NCBI RefSeq assembly: GCF_009914755.1
Contig: NC_060948.1
Reading direction: 5' to 3' (one strand)
Length of the DNA: 64,000 bases
Source of the DNA: the human T2T-CHM13v2.0 reference genome, Homo sapiens
Position 1 is the stretch's first letter; every line of letters starts with the position of its first letter. The notes beneath the pieces were generated by a model. It ran no database searches. It was not told the origin of the DNA and saw only the letters and a program-made list of their open reading frames with translations. Position numbers and translations under genes: made by a program. This document shows, piece after piece, positions 1 through 14,181 of this stretch.

Positions 1-1567
1 GGAATGGATTCGAATGGAAGGCAAAGGAATGGAATCTATTGGAATGGACTGTAATGGAATGGAATGGAAGGGATTGGAATGGACTCGAATGGAATGGACT
101 GCAATAGAAAGGATTCGAATGGAATGAAAAAGAATTGAATGGAATAGAACAGAATGGAATCAAATCGAATGAAATGGAATGGAATAGAAAGGAATGGAAT
201 GAAATGGAATGGAAAGGATTCGAATGGAATGCAATCGAATGGAATGGAATCGAACGGAATGGAATAAAATGGAAGAAAACTGGCAAGAAATGGAATCGAA
301 ATGAATGGAGTGTTATGGAACGGACTCAAAAGGAATTGAATGTAATAGAATGGAGTGGAGTGGACTCGAATATAATGGACTGGAATGGAATGAAATCACA
401 TGGAATGGGAACGAATGGAATGGAATGGAAAGGAATGGAATCGAATGGAAAGGAATCGAATGGAAGGGAATGAAATTGAATCAACAGGAATGGAAGGGAA
501 TAGAATAGACGGTAATGGAATGGACTCGAATAGAATGGACACGAATGCTCAAATTGAATGGACTCGAATGGAATGGAAACGAAAGGAATGTCATCGAATG
601 GAATTGAATCGATTGGAATGAAATCGCATAGAATGGAGTGGAATCAAATGGAATTGAATCGAAAGGAAAGGAAGCGAATGGACTGAAATGAAATGGAATG
701 GAATTGAATGGAAAGTAATGCAATGGAATAGAATGGAACGAAATTTCACGGAATGGAATGAAACTGAATGGAATCAAATCAATGGAATCTAATCAAGTGG
801 AAAGGAAAGGAATTGAATGGAGTAGATTGGATTGGATGGGATTGGAATGAAATGTACTGGAAAGGACTCGAGTTTCATGAAACGGAATGGAATGAATTGG
901 AACGGAATGGACTCGAATGGAATGGAATGTCATGGAATGGCATCAAATGTAATGGCATCAAATGGAATGGAATCGAATGCAATGGAATGCTATGGAATGG
1001 AATGGAATGCATTGGAATGGAATGTCCTCTAATGGAATAGATTCGAGTGGAATGGAATCGAATATAATGGAGTCGAATGAAATGGAATTGAAAGGAATGG
1101 GATCGAATACAATGGAATATACTGGAATGTAATGTAATGAACTCGAATGTAATTGACTGGAATGGAATGTACATGAATGGAATGTAATCGAATGGAAAGT
1201 AATCCAATGGAATAGAATCTAATGCAATAAAATCGACTCAGATAGAGTAGAATGTAATGGAATTGAGTGCAGTGCAATGGAATGGAATGGAATGGAATGC
1301 AATGGAATGGAATGGAATGGAAAGGAATGGAATGGAATGGGATGGAATGGTATGGAATGGATAGTAATGGACTGGAGTGAAATGGACTGGAAATGAATGG
1401 ACTCAAATTGAAAGGGCTCGAAAGGAATGGAGTCAAAAGGAATGGTCTGGAATGGAATGAACACGAATGTAATGCAATCCAATAGAATGGAATCGAATGG
1501 CATGGAATATAAAGAAATGGAATCGAAGAGAATGGAAACAAATGGAATGGAATTGAATGGAATGGAA

Positions 1568-1721
1568 TTGAATGGAATGGGAACGAATGGAGTGAAATTG
1601 TATGCAGTAGAAGAGAATAGAATGGAATGCAAGCGAAAGGAAAGTAATGGATTGGAATGGAATGGAATTCATTGGAATGGAAGGGAATGTAGTGTAATGG
1701 ACAGGCCTGGAATAAAGTGGA
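1568..1721. other. DYZ1 diagnostic segment (154-bp Y sexing-PCR amplicon region) with the EcoRI and HaeIII/StuI sites; recurs in every unit
   Basis: TTGAATGGAATGGGAACGAATGG at 1568-1590 and GGACAGGCCTGGAATAAAGTGGA at 1699-1721 match, from memory, the classical DYZ1 primer pair. GAATTC at 1665-1670; AGGCCT at 1703-1708. Primer identity not verified by search. Confidence 0.8.
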
Positions 1722-2078
1722 ATGCTACGGTCTCAAATGGAATAAAAATGTATGGAATGGAATGCAATGAAACGGAATCGAATGTCATAGAATGTAATGG
1801 AATGCAAAAAAATGGAATCCAAAATCATTGACTGGAAAGGCTGGGTGTCGAAAGGAATTGACTCCAATGGAATGGAATCGAATGGAATGGAAGTGAATAG
1901 AATGGAACTAAATCGAATGGAATGGAATTGATAGGAACGGAATGGAAAGGAATGCAATGATTTGGCATGGAATGGAATCGAATGGCATCGAATGGAATGG
2001 AATGGAATGCAATGGAATGGAATGTATTAGAATTTAATGAACTTTAATGGAATGTACTCGAATGGATTCGACTGGAAT

Positions 2079-2093
2079 GGAATGTTCTGGAAG
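2079..2093. promoter_or_regulatory. Perfect 3-unit heat-shock element motif HSE-a (gGAAt gTTCt gGAAg); motif match only, repeated per unit
   Basis: Matches nGAAnnTTCnnGAAn; intact in all 18 units by eye. Confidence 0.55.
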
Positions 2094-2358
2094 TGAATGG
2101 ACTCCAATGGAATGGATTCAAAAGGAATGGAGTCGTACGGAATGGAATCTAATGGAATGGAATTAAATGGAAATGAATCAAATTGAATAGAACGGAATTG
2201 AATTGAATGGAATCGAATGCAATGGAATCTAATGAAACGGAAAGGAAAGGAATGGAATGGAATGGAATGGGCTGGAATGGAAAGGAATCGAAACGAATGG
2301 AATGGAATCGAACTGAAGAGACTGGAATGGAATGCACTGGAATGGAAGGGAGTGTAAT

Positions 2359-2373
2359 GGAAGGTTCTCGAAA
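2359..2373. promoter_or_regulatory. Perfect 3-unit heat-shock element motif HSE-b (gGAAg gTTCt cGAAa); motif match only, repeated per unit
   Basis: Matches nGAAnnTTCnnGAAn; intact in 17/18 units (TTC>TTG near 37876 in unit 11). Confidence 0.55.
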
Positions 2374-3379
2374 AAAATGGAATCGAATGGAATGGAATTG
2401 AGTGGAACGGAATAGAGTCGAATGGAATTGAATGGAATGGAATGGACTAGAGTGAAATGGAATCGAACCACAAGGAATGGACAGGAATAGAATGGTCTCG
2501 AATTGAATGGAATCGTATGGAATGGCATCAAACGGAATGGAATGGACAGCCACGGAATGGAATGCACTCGAATGCAATGGAGTCGAAACTAATGGACTGG
2601 AATAGAATGGACTCGACTGGTACGGACTCCAATGGAATGGAATCGAATGGAAGGGAATCGAACGGAATGGACTCGAAGGGAAAACACTGCAATGGAAAGG
2701 TCTCGAATGGAATGGAAATTAATGGAATGGAACGGAATCGAATGAAATGGAGTCAAAAGGAATGGAATCGAATGGCAAGAAATCGAATGCAATGGAATCG
2801 CAAGGAATTGATGTGAACGGAACGGAATGGAATGGAATCCAAAGGAATGGAATAGAATGGAATGGAATCGAATGGAAAGGACTCGAATGGAAATCACTCG
2901 AACAGAATGCAATTTAATAAAATAGGATCAAATGTAATGGAATGGAATGGAAAGGAATCGAAACGAAAGGAATGGAGACAGATGGAATGGAATGGAACAG
3001 AGAGCAAAGGTATAGAATGGAATGGAATCATCTGGAATGGAATTGAATGGAATGGAATAATATGAAATGGAATGGAATGGAATGGAATGCCCTTGAATTA
3101 AATGGACTGGAATGGAATGGACTCAAACAGAGTGGAATGGAAAGTGTGGATATAGAATGGAATGAACTCCTTTGGAATGGTCTAGTAGACAATGCAATCG
3201 ACTGGCAGGGAATCAAAAGGAATGTAATCGAATGGATTGGACTGGAATGCAATGGACTCGAATAGATTGGAAACGGAATGCAAAGGAATGGAATGGAATA
3301 GTATGGAATGGTATGGAAAGGAATGGAGTGGAATAGACTAGAGTGGAATGGAATGGACTGGAAAGCAATGGACTGGAAT

Positions 3380-3394
3380 GGAACATTCTTGAAT
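3380..3394. promoter_or_regulatory. Perfect 3-unit heat-shock element motif HSE-c (gGAAc [a/t]TTCt tGAAt); motif match only, repeated per unit
   Basis: Matches nGAAnnTTCnnGAAn; intact in 16/18 units (one GAA>AAA near 10464 and near 28222). Confidence 0.55.
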
Positions 3395-3554
3395 GGACTG
3401 GAATCAAACGGAATGGAATGCAATGCAATCAAATGGCATGGAATAAAATAGAATGAAAGAGAATCAAATGGAATTGAATCGAATGGAATCGAATGGATTG
3501 GAAAGGAATAGAATGGAATGGAATGGAATTGACTCAAATGGAATGGACTAGAAT

Positions 3555-6500
3555 GGAATGGATTCGAATGGAAGGCAAAGGAATGGAATCTATTGGAATG
3601 GACTGTAATGGAATGGAATGGAAGGGATTGGAATGGACTCGAATGGAATGGACTGCAATAGAAAGGATTCGAATGGAATGAAAAAGAATTGAATGGAATA
3701 GAACAGAATGGAATCAAATCGAATGAAATGGAATGGAATAGAAAGGAATGGAATGAAATGGAATGGAAAGGATTCGAATGGAATGCAATCGAATGGAATG
3801 GAATCGAACGGAATGGAATAAAATGGAAGAAAACTGGCAAGAAATGGAATCGAAATGAATGGAGTGTTATGGAACGGACTCAAAAGGAATTGAATGTAAT
3901 AGAATGGAGTGGAGTGGACTCGAATATAATGGACTGGAATGGAATGAAATCACATGGAATGGGAACGAATGGAATGGAATGGAAAGGAATGGAATCGAAT
4001 GCAAAGGAATCGAATGGAAGGGAATGCAATTGAATCAACAGGAATGGAAGGGAATAGAATAGACGGTAATGGAATGGACTCGAATAGAATGGACACGAAT
4101 GCTCAAATTGAATGGACTCGAATGGAATGGAAACGAAAGGAATGTCATCGAATGGAATTGAATCGATTGGAATGAAATCGCATAGAATGGAGTGGAATCA
4201 AATGGAATTGAATCGAAAGGAAAGGAAGCCAATGGACTGAAATGAAATGGAATGGAATGGAATGGAAAGTAATGCAATGGAATAGAATGGAACGAAATTT
4301 CACGGAATGGAATGAAACTGAATGGAATCAAATCAATGGAATCTAATCAAGTGGAATGGAAAGGAATTGAATGGAGTAGATTGGATTGGATGGGATTGGA
4401 ATGAAATGTACTGGAAAAGACTCGAATTTCATGAAACGCAATGGAATGAATTGGAACGGAATGGACTCGAATGGAATGGAATGTCATGGAATGGCATCAA
4501 ATGGAATGGCATCAAATGGAATGGAATCGAATGCAATGGAATGCTATGGAATGGAATGGAATGCATTGGAATGGAATGTCCTCTAATGGAATGGATTCGA
4601 GTGGAATGGAATCGAATATAATGGAGTCGATTGAAATGGAATTGAAAGGAATGGGATCGAATACAATGGAATACACTGGAATGTAATGTAATGAACATGA
4701 ATGTAATTGACTGGAATGTAATGTACATGAATGGAATGTAATCGAATGGAAAGTAATCCAATGGAATAGAATCTAATGCAATAAAATCGACTCAGATAAG
4801 GTAGAATGTAATGGAATGGAGTGCAGTGCAATGGAATGGAATGGAATGGAATGCAATGGAATGGAATGGAATGGAATGGAATGGAATGGAATGGAATGGT
4901 GTGGAATGGATAGTAATGGACTGGAGTGAAATGGACTGGAAATGAATGGACTCAAATTGAAAGGGCTCGAAAGGAATGGAGTCAAATGGAATGGTCTGGA
5001 ATGGAATGAACACGAATGTAATGCAATCCAATAGAATGGAATCGAATGGCATGGAATATAAAGAAATGGAATCGAAGAGAATGGAAACAAATGGAATGGA
5101 ATTGAATGGAATGGAATTGAATGGAATGGGAACGAATGGAGTGAAATTGTATGCAGTAGAAGAGAATAGAATGGAATGCAAGCGAAAGGAAAGGAATGGA
5201 TTGGAATGGAATGGAATTCATTGGAATGGAAGGGAATGTAGTGTAATGGACAGGCCTGGAATAAAGTGGAATGCTACGGTCTCGAATGGAATAAAAATGT
5301 ATGGAATGGAATGCAATGAAACGGAATCGAATGTCATAGAATGTAATGGAATGCAAAAAAATGGACTCCAAAATCATTGACTGGAAAGGCTGGATGTCGA
5401 AGGGAATTGACTCCAATGGAATGGAATCGAATGGAATGGAAGTGAATAGAATCGAACTAAATCGAATGGAATGGAATTGATAGGAACGGAATGGAAAGGA
5501 ATGCAATGATTTGGCATGGAATGGAAACGAATGGTATCTAATGGAATGGAATGTAATGTAATGGAATGGAATGTATTAGAATGTAATGAACTTTAATGGA
5601 ATGTACTCGAATGGATTCGACTGGAATGGAATGTTCTGGAAGTGAATGGACTCCAATGGAATGGATTCAAAAGGAATGGAATCGTACGGAATGGAATCTA
5701 ATGGAATGGAATTAAATGGAAATGAATCAAATTGAATAGCACGGAATTGAATTGAATGGAATGGAATGCAATGGAATCTAATGAAACGGAAAGGAAAGGA
5801 ATGGAATGGAATGGAATGGGCTGGAATGGAAAGGAATCGAAACGAATGGAATGGAATCGAACTGAAGAGACTGGAATGGAATGCACTGGAATGGAAGGGA
5901 GTGTAATGGAAGGTTCTCGAAAAAAATGGAATCGAATGGAATGGAATTGAATGGAACGGAATAGAGTCGAATGGAATTGAATGGAATGGAATGGACTAGA
6001 GTGAAATGGAATCGAACCACAAGGAATGGACAGGAATAGAATGGTCTCGAATTGAATGGAATCGTATGGAATGGCATCAAACGGAATGGAATGGACAGCC
6101 ACGGAATGGAATGCACTCGAATGCAATGGAGTCGAAACTAATGGACTGGAATAGAATGGACTCGACTGGTACGGACTCCAATGGAATGGAATCGAATGGA
6201 AGGGAATCGAACGGAATGGACTCGAAGGGAAAAAACTGCAATGGAAAGGTCTCGAATGGAATGGAAATTAATGGAATGGAATGGAATCGAATGAAATGGA
6301 GTCAAAAGGAATGGAATCGAATGGCAAGAAATCGAATGTAATGGAATCGCAAGGAATTGATGTGAACGGAACGGAATGGAATGGAATCCAAAGGAATGGA
6401 ATAGAATGGAATGGAATCGAATGGAAAGGACTCGAATGGAAATCACTCGAATAGAATGCAATTTAATAAAATAGGATCAAATGGAATGGAATGGAATGGA

Positions 6501-7108
6501 AAGGAATCGAAACGAAAGGAATGGAGACAGATGGAATGGAATGGAACAGAGAGCAATGGTATAGAATGGAATGGAATCATCTGGAATGGAATTGAATGGA
6601 ATGGAATAATATGAAATGGAATGGAATGGAATGGAATGGAATGCCCTTGAATTAAATGGACTGGAATGGAATGGACTCGAACAGAGTGGAATGGAAAGTG
6701 TTGAGATAGAATGGAATGGACTCCTTCGGAATGGTGTAGTATGCAATGCAATCGACTGGCAGGGAATCAAAAGGAATGTAATGGAATGGATTGGACTGGA
6801 ATGCAATGGACTCGAATAGATTGGAAACGGAATGCAAAGGAATGGAATGGAATAGTATGGAATGGAATGGAAAGGAATGGAGTGGAATAGACTAGAGTGG
6901 AATGGAATGGACTGGAAAGCAATGGACTGGAATGGAACTTTCTTGAATGGACTGGAATCAAACGGAATGGAATGCAATGCAATCAAATGGCATAGAATAA
7001 GATAGAATGAAAGAGAATCAAATGGAATTGAATGGAATGGAATCGAATGGATTGGAAAGGAATAGAATGGAATGGAATTGAATTGACTCAAATGGAATGG
7101 ACTAGAAT
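3555..7108. repeat. DYZ1 unit 2 (3554 bp)
   Basis: Anchor at 3555; GGCC at 5253. Confidence 0.92.
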
Positions 7109-10100
7109 GGAATGGATTCGAATGGAAGGCAAAGGAATGGAATCTATTGGAATGGACTGTAATGGAATGCAATGGAAGGGATTGGAATGGACTCGAATGG
7201 AATGGACTGCAATAGAAAGGATACGAATGGAATGAAAAAGAATTGAATGGAATAGAACAGAATGGAAACAAATCGAATGAAATGGAATGGAATAGAAAGG
7301 AATGGAATGAAATGGAATGGAAAGGATTCGAATGGAATGCAAACGAATGGAATGGAATCGAACGGAATGGAATAAAATGGAAGAAAACTGGCAAGAAATG
7401 GAATCGAAATGAATGGAGTGTTATGGAAGGGACTCAAAAGGAATTGAATGTAATAGAATGGAGTGGAGTGGACTCGAATATAATGGACTTGAATGGAATG
7501 AAATCACATGGAATGGGAACGAATGGAATGGAATGGAAAGGAATGGAATCGAATGGAAAGGAATCGAATGGAAGGGAATGAAATTGAACCAACAGGAATG
7601 GAAGGGAATAGAATAGACCGTAATGGAATGGACTCGAATAGAATGGACACGAATGCCCAAATTGAATGGGCTCGAATGGAATGGAAAAGAAAGGAATGTC
7701 ATCGAATGGAATTGAATCGATTGGAATGAAATCGCATAGAATGGAGTGGAATCAAATGGAATTGAATCGAAAGGAAAGGAAGCGAATGGACTGAAATGAA
7801 ATGGAATGGAATTGAATGGAAAGTAATGCAATGGAATAGAATGGAACGAAATTTCACGGAATGGAATCAAACTGAATGGAATCAAATCAATGGAATCTGA
7901 TCAAATGGAATGGAAAGGAATTGAATGGAGTAGATTGGATTGGATGGGATTGGAATGAAATGTACTGGAAAGGACTCGAATTTCATGAAACGGAATGGAA
8001 TGAATTGGAACGGAATGGACTCGAATGGAATGGAATGTCATGGAATGGCATCAAATGGAATGGCATCAAATGGAATGGAATCGAATGCAATGGAATGCTA
8101 TGGAATGGAATGGAATGCATTGGAATGGAATGTCCTCTAATGGAATGGATTCGAGTGGAATGGAATCGAATATAATGGAGTCGAATGAAATGGAATTGAA
8201 AAGAATGGGATCGAATACAATGGAATATACTGGAATGTAATGTAATGAACTCGAATGTAATTGACTGGAATGGAATGTATATGAATGGAATGTAATCGAA
8301 TGGAAAGTAATCCAATGGAATAGAATCTAATGCAATAAAATCGACTCAGATAGAGTAGAATGTAATGGAATGGAGTGCAGTGCAATGGAATGGAATGGAA
8401 TGGAATGCAATGGAATGGAATGGAATGGGAAGGAATGGTATGGAATGGATAGTAATGGACTGGAGTGAAATGGACTGGAAAGGAATGGACTCAAATTGAA
8501 AGGGCTCGAAAGGAATGGAGACAAATGGAATGGTGTGGAATGGAATGAACACGAATGTAATGCAATCCAATAGAATAGAGTCGAATGGCATGGAATATAA
8601 AGAAATGGAATCGAAGAGAATAGAAACAAATGGAATGGAATTGAATGGAATGGAATTGAGTGGAATGGGAACGAATGGAGTGAAAGTGTATGCAGTAGAA
8701 GAGAATAGAATGGAATGCAAGCGAAAGGAAAGGAATGGATTGGAATGGAATGGAATTCATTGGAATGGAAGGGAATGTAGTGTAATGGACAGGCCTGGAA
8801 TAAAGTGGAATGCTACGGTCTCGAGTGGAATAAAAATGTATGGATTGGAATGCAATGAAACGGAATCGAATGTCATAGAATGTAATGGAATGCAAAAAAA
8901 TGGAATCCGAAATCATTGGCTGGAAAGGCTGGGTGTCGAAAGGAATTGACTCCAATGTAATGGAATCGAATGGAATGGAAGTGAATAGAATCGAACTAAA
9001 TCGAATGGAATGGAATTGATAGGAACGGAATGGAAAGGAATGCAATGATTTGGCATGGAATGGAATCGAATGGCATCGAATGGAATGGAATGGAATGCAA
9101 TGGAATGGAATGTATTAGAATGTAATGAACTTTAATGGAATGTACTCGAAAGGATTTGACTGGAATGGAATGTTCTGGAAGTGAATGGACTCCAATGGAA
9201 TGGATTCGAAAGGAATGGAATCGTACGGAATGGAATCTAATGGAATGGAATTAAATGGAAATGAATCAAATTGAATAGCACGGAATTGAATTGAATGGAA
9301 TGGAATGCAATGGAATCTAATGAAACGGAAAGGAAAGGAATGCAATGGAATGGAATGGGCTGGAATGGAAAGGAATCGAAACGAATGGAATGGAATCGAA
9401 CTGAAGAGACTGGAATGGAATGCACTGGAATGGAAGGGAGTGTAATGGAAGGTTCTCGAAAAAAATGGAATCGAATGGAATGGAATTGAGTGGAACGGAA
9501 TAGAGTCGAATGGAATTGAATGGAATGGAATGGACTAGAGTGAAATGGAATCGAACCACAAGGAATGGACAGGAATAGAATGGTCTCGAATTGAATGGAA
9601 TCGTATGGAATGGCATCAAACGGAATGGAATGGACAGCCACGGAATGGAATGCACTCGAATGCAATGGAGTCGAAACTAATGGACTGGAATAGAATGGAC
9701 TCGACTGGTACGGACTCCAATGGAATGGAATCGAATGGAAGGGAATCGAACGGAATGGACTCGAAGGGAAAAGACTGCAATGGAACGGTCTCGAATGGAA
9801 TGGAAATTAATGGAATGGAATGGAATCGAATGAAATGGAGTCAAAAGGAATGGAATCGAATGGCAAGAAATCGAATGTAATGGAATCGCAAGGAATTGAT
9901 ATGAACGGAACGGAATGGAATGGAATCCAAAGGAATGGAATAGAATGGAATGGAATCGAATGGAAAGGACTCGAATGGAAATCACTCGAATAGAATGCAA
10001 TTTAATGAAATAGGATCAAATGTAATGGAATGGAATGGAAAGGAATCGAAACGAAAGGAATGGAGACAGATGGAATGGAATGGAACAGATAGCAATGGTA

Positions 10101-10637
10101 TACAATGGAATGGAATCATCTGGAATGGAATTGAATGGAATGGAATAATATGAAATGGAATGGAATGGAATGGAATGGAATGCCCTTGAATTAAATGGAC
10201 TGGACTCGAACAGAGTGGAATGGAAAGTGTTGAGATAGAATGGAATGGACTCCTTTGGAATGGTCTAGTATGCAATGCAATCGACTGGCAGGGAATCAAA
10301 AGGAATGTAATGGAATGGATTGGACTGGAATGCAATGGACTCGAATAGATTGGAAACGGAATGCAAAGGAATGGAATGGAATAGTATGGAATGGAATGGA
10401 AAGGAATGGAGTGGAATAGACTAGAGTGGAATGGAATGGACTGGAAAGCAATGGACTGGAATGAAACTTTCTTGAATGGACTGGAATCAAACGGAATGGA
10501 ATGCAATGCAATCAAATGGCATGGAATAAGATAGAATGAAAGAGAATCAAATGGAATTGAATCGAATGGAATCGAATGGATTGGAAAGGAAGAGAATGGA
10601 ATGGAATGGAATTGACTCAAATGGAATGGACTAGAAT
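7109..10637. repeat. DYZ1 unit 3 (3529 bp, shortest)
   Basis: Anchor at 7109; short pure-pentamer tract near 8377-8447; 10-bp deletion near 10200. Confidence 0.92.
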
Positions 10638-13600
10638 GGAATGGATTCGAATGGAAGGCAAAGGAATGGAATCTATTGGAATGGACTGTAATGGAATGGA
10701 ATGGAAGGGATTGGAATGGACTCGAATGGAATGGACTGCAATAGAAAGGATTCGAATGGAATGAAAAAGAATTGAATGGAATAGAACAGAATGGAATCAA
10801 ATCGAATGAAATGGAATGGAATAGAAAGGAATGGAATGAAATGGAATGGAAAGGATTCGAATGGAATGTAATCGAATGGAATGGAATCGAACGGAATGGA
10901 ATAAAATGGAAGAAAACTGGCAAGAAATGGAATCGAAATGAATGGAGTGTTATGGAACGGACTCAAAAGGAATTGAATGTAATAGAATAGAGTGGAGTGG
11001 ACTCGAATATAATGGACTGGAATGGAATGAAATCACATGGAATGGGAACGAATGGAATGGAATGGAAAGGAATGGAATCGAATGGAAAGGAATCGAACGG
11101 AAGGGAATGAAATTGAATCAACAGGAATGGAAGGGAATAGAATAGACTGTAATGGAATGGACACGAATAGAATGGACATGAATGCTCAAATTGAATGGAC
11201 TCGAATGGAATGGAAAGGAAAGGAAAGTCATCGAATGGAATTGAATCGATTGGAATGAAATCGCATAGAATGGAGTGGAATCAAATGGAATTGAATCGAA
11301 AGGAAAGGAAGCGAATGGACTGAAATGAAATGGAATGGAATTGAATGGAAAGTAATGCAATGGAACAGAATGGAACGAAATTTCACGGAATGGAATCAAA
11401 CTGAATGGAATCAAATCAATGGAATCTAATCAAATTGAATGGAAAGGAATTGAATGGAGTATATTGGATTGGATGGGATTGGAATGAAATGTACTGGAAA
11501 GGACTCGAATTTCATGAAACGGAATGGAATGAATTGGAACGGAATGGACTCGAATGGAATGGAATGACATGGAATGGCATCAAATGGAATGGCATCAAAT
11601 GGAATGGAATCGAATACAATGGAATGCTATGGAATGGAATGGAATGCATTGGAATGGAATGTCCTCTAATGGAATGGATTCGAGTGGAATGGAATCGAAT
11701 ATAATGGAGTCGAATGAAATGGAATTGAAAGGAATGGGATCGAATAGAATGGAATATACTGGAATGTAATGTAATGAACTCGAATGTAATTGACTGGAAT
11801 GGAATGTACATGAATGGAATGTAATCGAATGGAAAGTAATCCAATGGAATAGAATCTAATGCAATAAAATCGACTCAGATAGAGTAGAATGTAATGGAAT
11901 GGAGTGCAGTGCAATGGAATGGAATGGAATGGAATGCAATGGAATGGAATGGAATGGAATGGAATGGGATGGAATGGTATGGAATGGATAGTAATGGACT
12001 GGAGTGAAATGGACTGGAAAGGAATGGACTCAAATTGAAAGGGCTCGAAAGGAATGGAGACAAATGGAATGGTCTGGAATGGAATGAACACGAATGTAAT
12101 GCAATCCAATAGAATGGAGTCGAATGGCAGGGAATATAAAGAAATGGAATCGAAGAGAATGGAAACAAATGAAATGGAATTGAATGGAATGGAATTGAAT
12201 GGAATGGGAACGAATGGAGTGAAATTGTATGCAGTAGAAGAGAATAGAATGGAATGCAAGCGAAAGGAAAGGAATGGATTGGAATGGAATGGAATTCATT
12301 GGAATGGAAGGGAATGTAGTGTAATGGACAGGCCTGGAATAAAGTGGAATGCTACGGTCTCGAATGGAATAAAAATGTATGGAATGGAATGCAATGAAAC
12401 GGAATCGAATGTCATAGAATGTAATGGAATGCAAAAAAATGGAATCCAAAATCATTGACTGGAAAGGCTGGGTGTCGAAAGGAATTGACTCCAATGGAAT
12501 GGAATCGAATGGAATGGAAGTGAATAGAATCAAACTAAATCGAATGGAATGGAATTGATAGGAACGGAATGGAAAGGAATGCAATGATTTGGCATGGAAT
12601 GGAATCGAATGGCTTCAAATGGAATGGAATGGAATGCAATGGAATGGAATGTATTAGAATGTAATGAACTTTAATGGAATATACTCGAATGGATTCGACT
12701 GGAATGGAATGTTCTGGAAGTGAATGGACTCCAATGGAATGGATTCAAAAGGAATGGAATCGTACGGAATGGAATCTAATGGAATGGAATTAAATGGAAA
12801 TGAATCAAATTGAATAGCACGGAATTGAATTGAATGGAATGGAATGCAATGGAATCTAATGAAACGGAAAGGAAAGGAATGCAATGGAATGGAATGGGCT
12901 GGAATGGAAAGGAATCGAAACGAATGGAATGGAATCGAACTGAAGAGACTGGAATGGAAAGCACTGGAATGGAAGGGAGTGTAATGGAAGGTTCTCGAAA
13001 AAAATGGAATCGAATGGAATGCAATTGAATGGAACGGAATAGAGTCGAATGCAATTGAATGGAATGGAATGGACTAGAGTGAAATGGAATCGAACCACAA
13101 GGAATGGACAGGAATAGAATGGTCTCGAATTGAATGGAATCGTATGGAATGGCATCAAACGGAATGGCATGGACAGCCACGGAATGGAATGCACTCGAAT
13201 GCAATGGAGTCGAAACTAATGGACTGGAATAGAATGGACTCGACATGTAAGGACTCCAAAGGAATGGAATCGAATGGAAGGGAAACGAACGGAATGGACT
13301 CGAAGGGAAAAGACTGCAATGGAAAGGTCTCGAATGGAATGGAAATTAATGGAATGGAATGGAATCGAATGAAATGGAGGCAAAAGGAATGGAATCGAAT
13401 GGCAAGAAATCGAATGTAATGGAATCGCAAGGAATTGATGTGAACGGAACGGAATGGAATGGAATCCAAAGGAATGGAATAGAATGGAATGGAATCGAAA
13501 GGAAAGGACTCGAATGGAAATCACTCGAATAGAATGAAATTTAATAAAATAGGATCAAATGTAATGGAATGGAATGGAAAGGAATCGAAACGAAAGGAAT

Positions 13601-14181
13601 GGAGACAGATGGAATGGAATGGAACAGAGAGCAATGGTATAGAATGGAATGGAATCATCTGGAATGGAATTGAATGGAATGGAATAATATGAAATGGAAT
13701 GGAATGGAATGGAATGCCCTTGAATTAAATGGACTGGAATGGAATGGACTCAAACAGAGTGGAATGGAAAGTGTTGAAATAGAATGGAATGGACTCGTTT
13801 GGAATGGTCTAGTATGCAATGCAATCGACTGGCAGGGAATCAAGAGGAATGTAATCGAATGGATTGGACTGGAATGCAATGGACTCGAATAGATTGGAAA
13901 CGGAATTCAAAGGAATGGAATGGAATAGTATGGAATGGAATGGAAAGGAATGGAGTGGAATAGACTAGAGTGGAATGGAATGGACTCGAAAGCAATGGAC
14001 TGGAATGGAACTTTCTTGAATGGACTGGAATCAAACGGAATGGAATGCAATGCAATCAAATGGCATGGAATAAAATAGAATGAAAGAGAATCAAATGGAA
14101 TTGAATCGAATGGAATCGAATGGATTGGAAAGGAATAGAATGGAATGGAATGGAATTGACTCAAATGGAATGGACTAGAAT
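10638..14181. repeat. DYZ1 unit 4 (3544 bp)
   Basis: Anchor at 10638; GGCC at 12331; 3' part diverged. Confidence 0.92.

Larger units (their letters stand above)
1..3554. repeat. DYZ1 unit 1 (3554 bp; arbitrary phase anchored on GGAATGGATTCGAATGGAAGGCAAA)
   Basis: Anchor motif at 1 and next at 3555. Confidence 0.92.

Noticed and set aside
661-673. GGAA microsatellite of the EWS-FLI1 type, or G-quadruplex/telomere-like repeats
   Set aside because: Repeats are 5-mers (GGAAA/GGAAT), not tandem GGAA tetramers; GGG runs are sparse and there are no TTAGGG arrays.
786-845. DUX4-like (GAATCTAATCA) and clustered CCAAT-box (GATTGGATTGG) motifs
   Set aside because: The DUX4 match is imperfect and altered in several right-side units; ATTGG is one substitution from the pentamer; no supporting promoter context.
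740-882. Additional partial HSEs (GAAatTTC at 740; TTCatGAA near 874)
   Set aside because: Only two correctly spaced units, with the third out of register; not counted as perfect HSEs.
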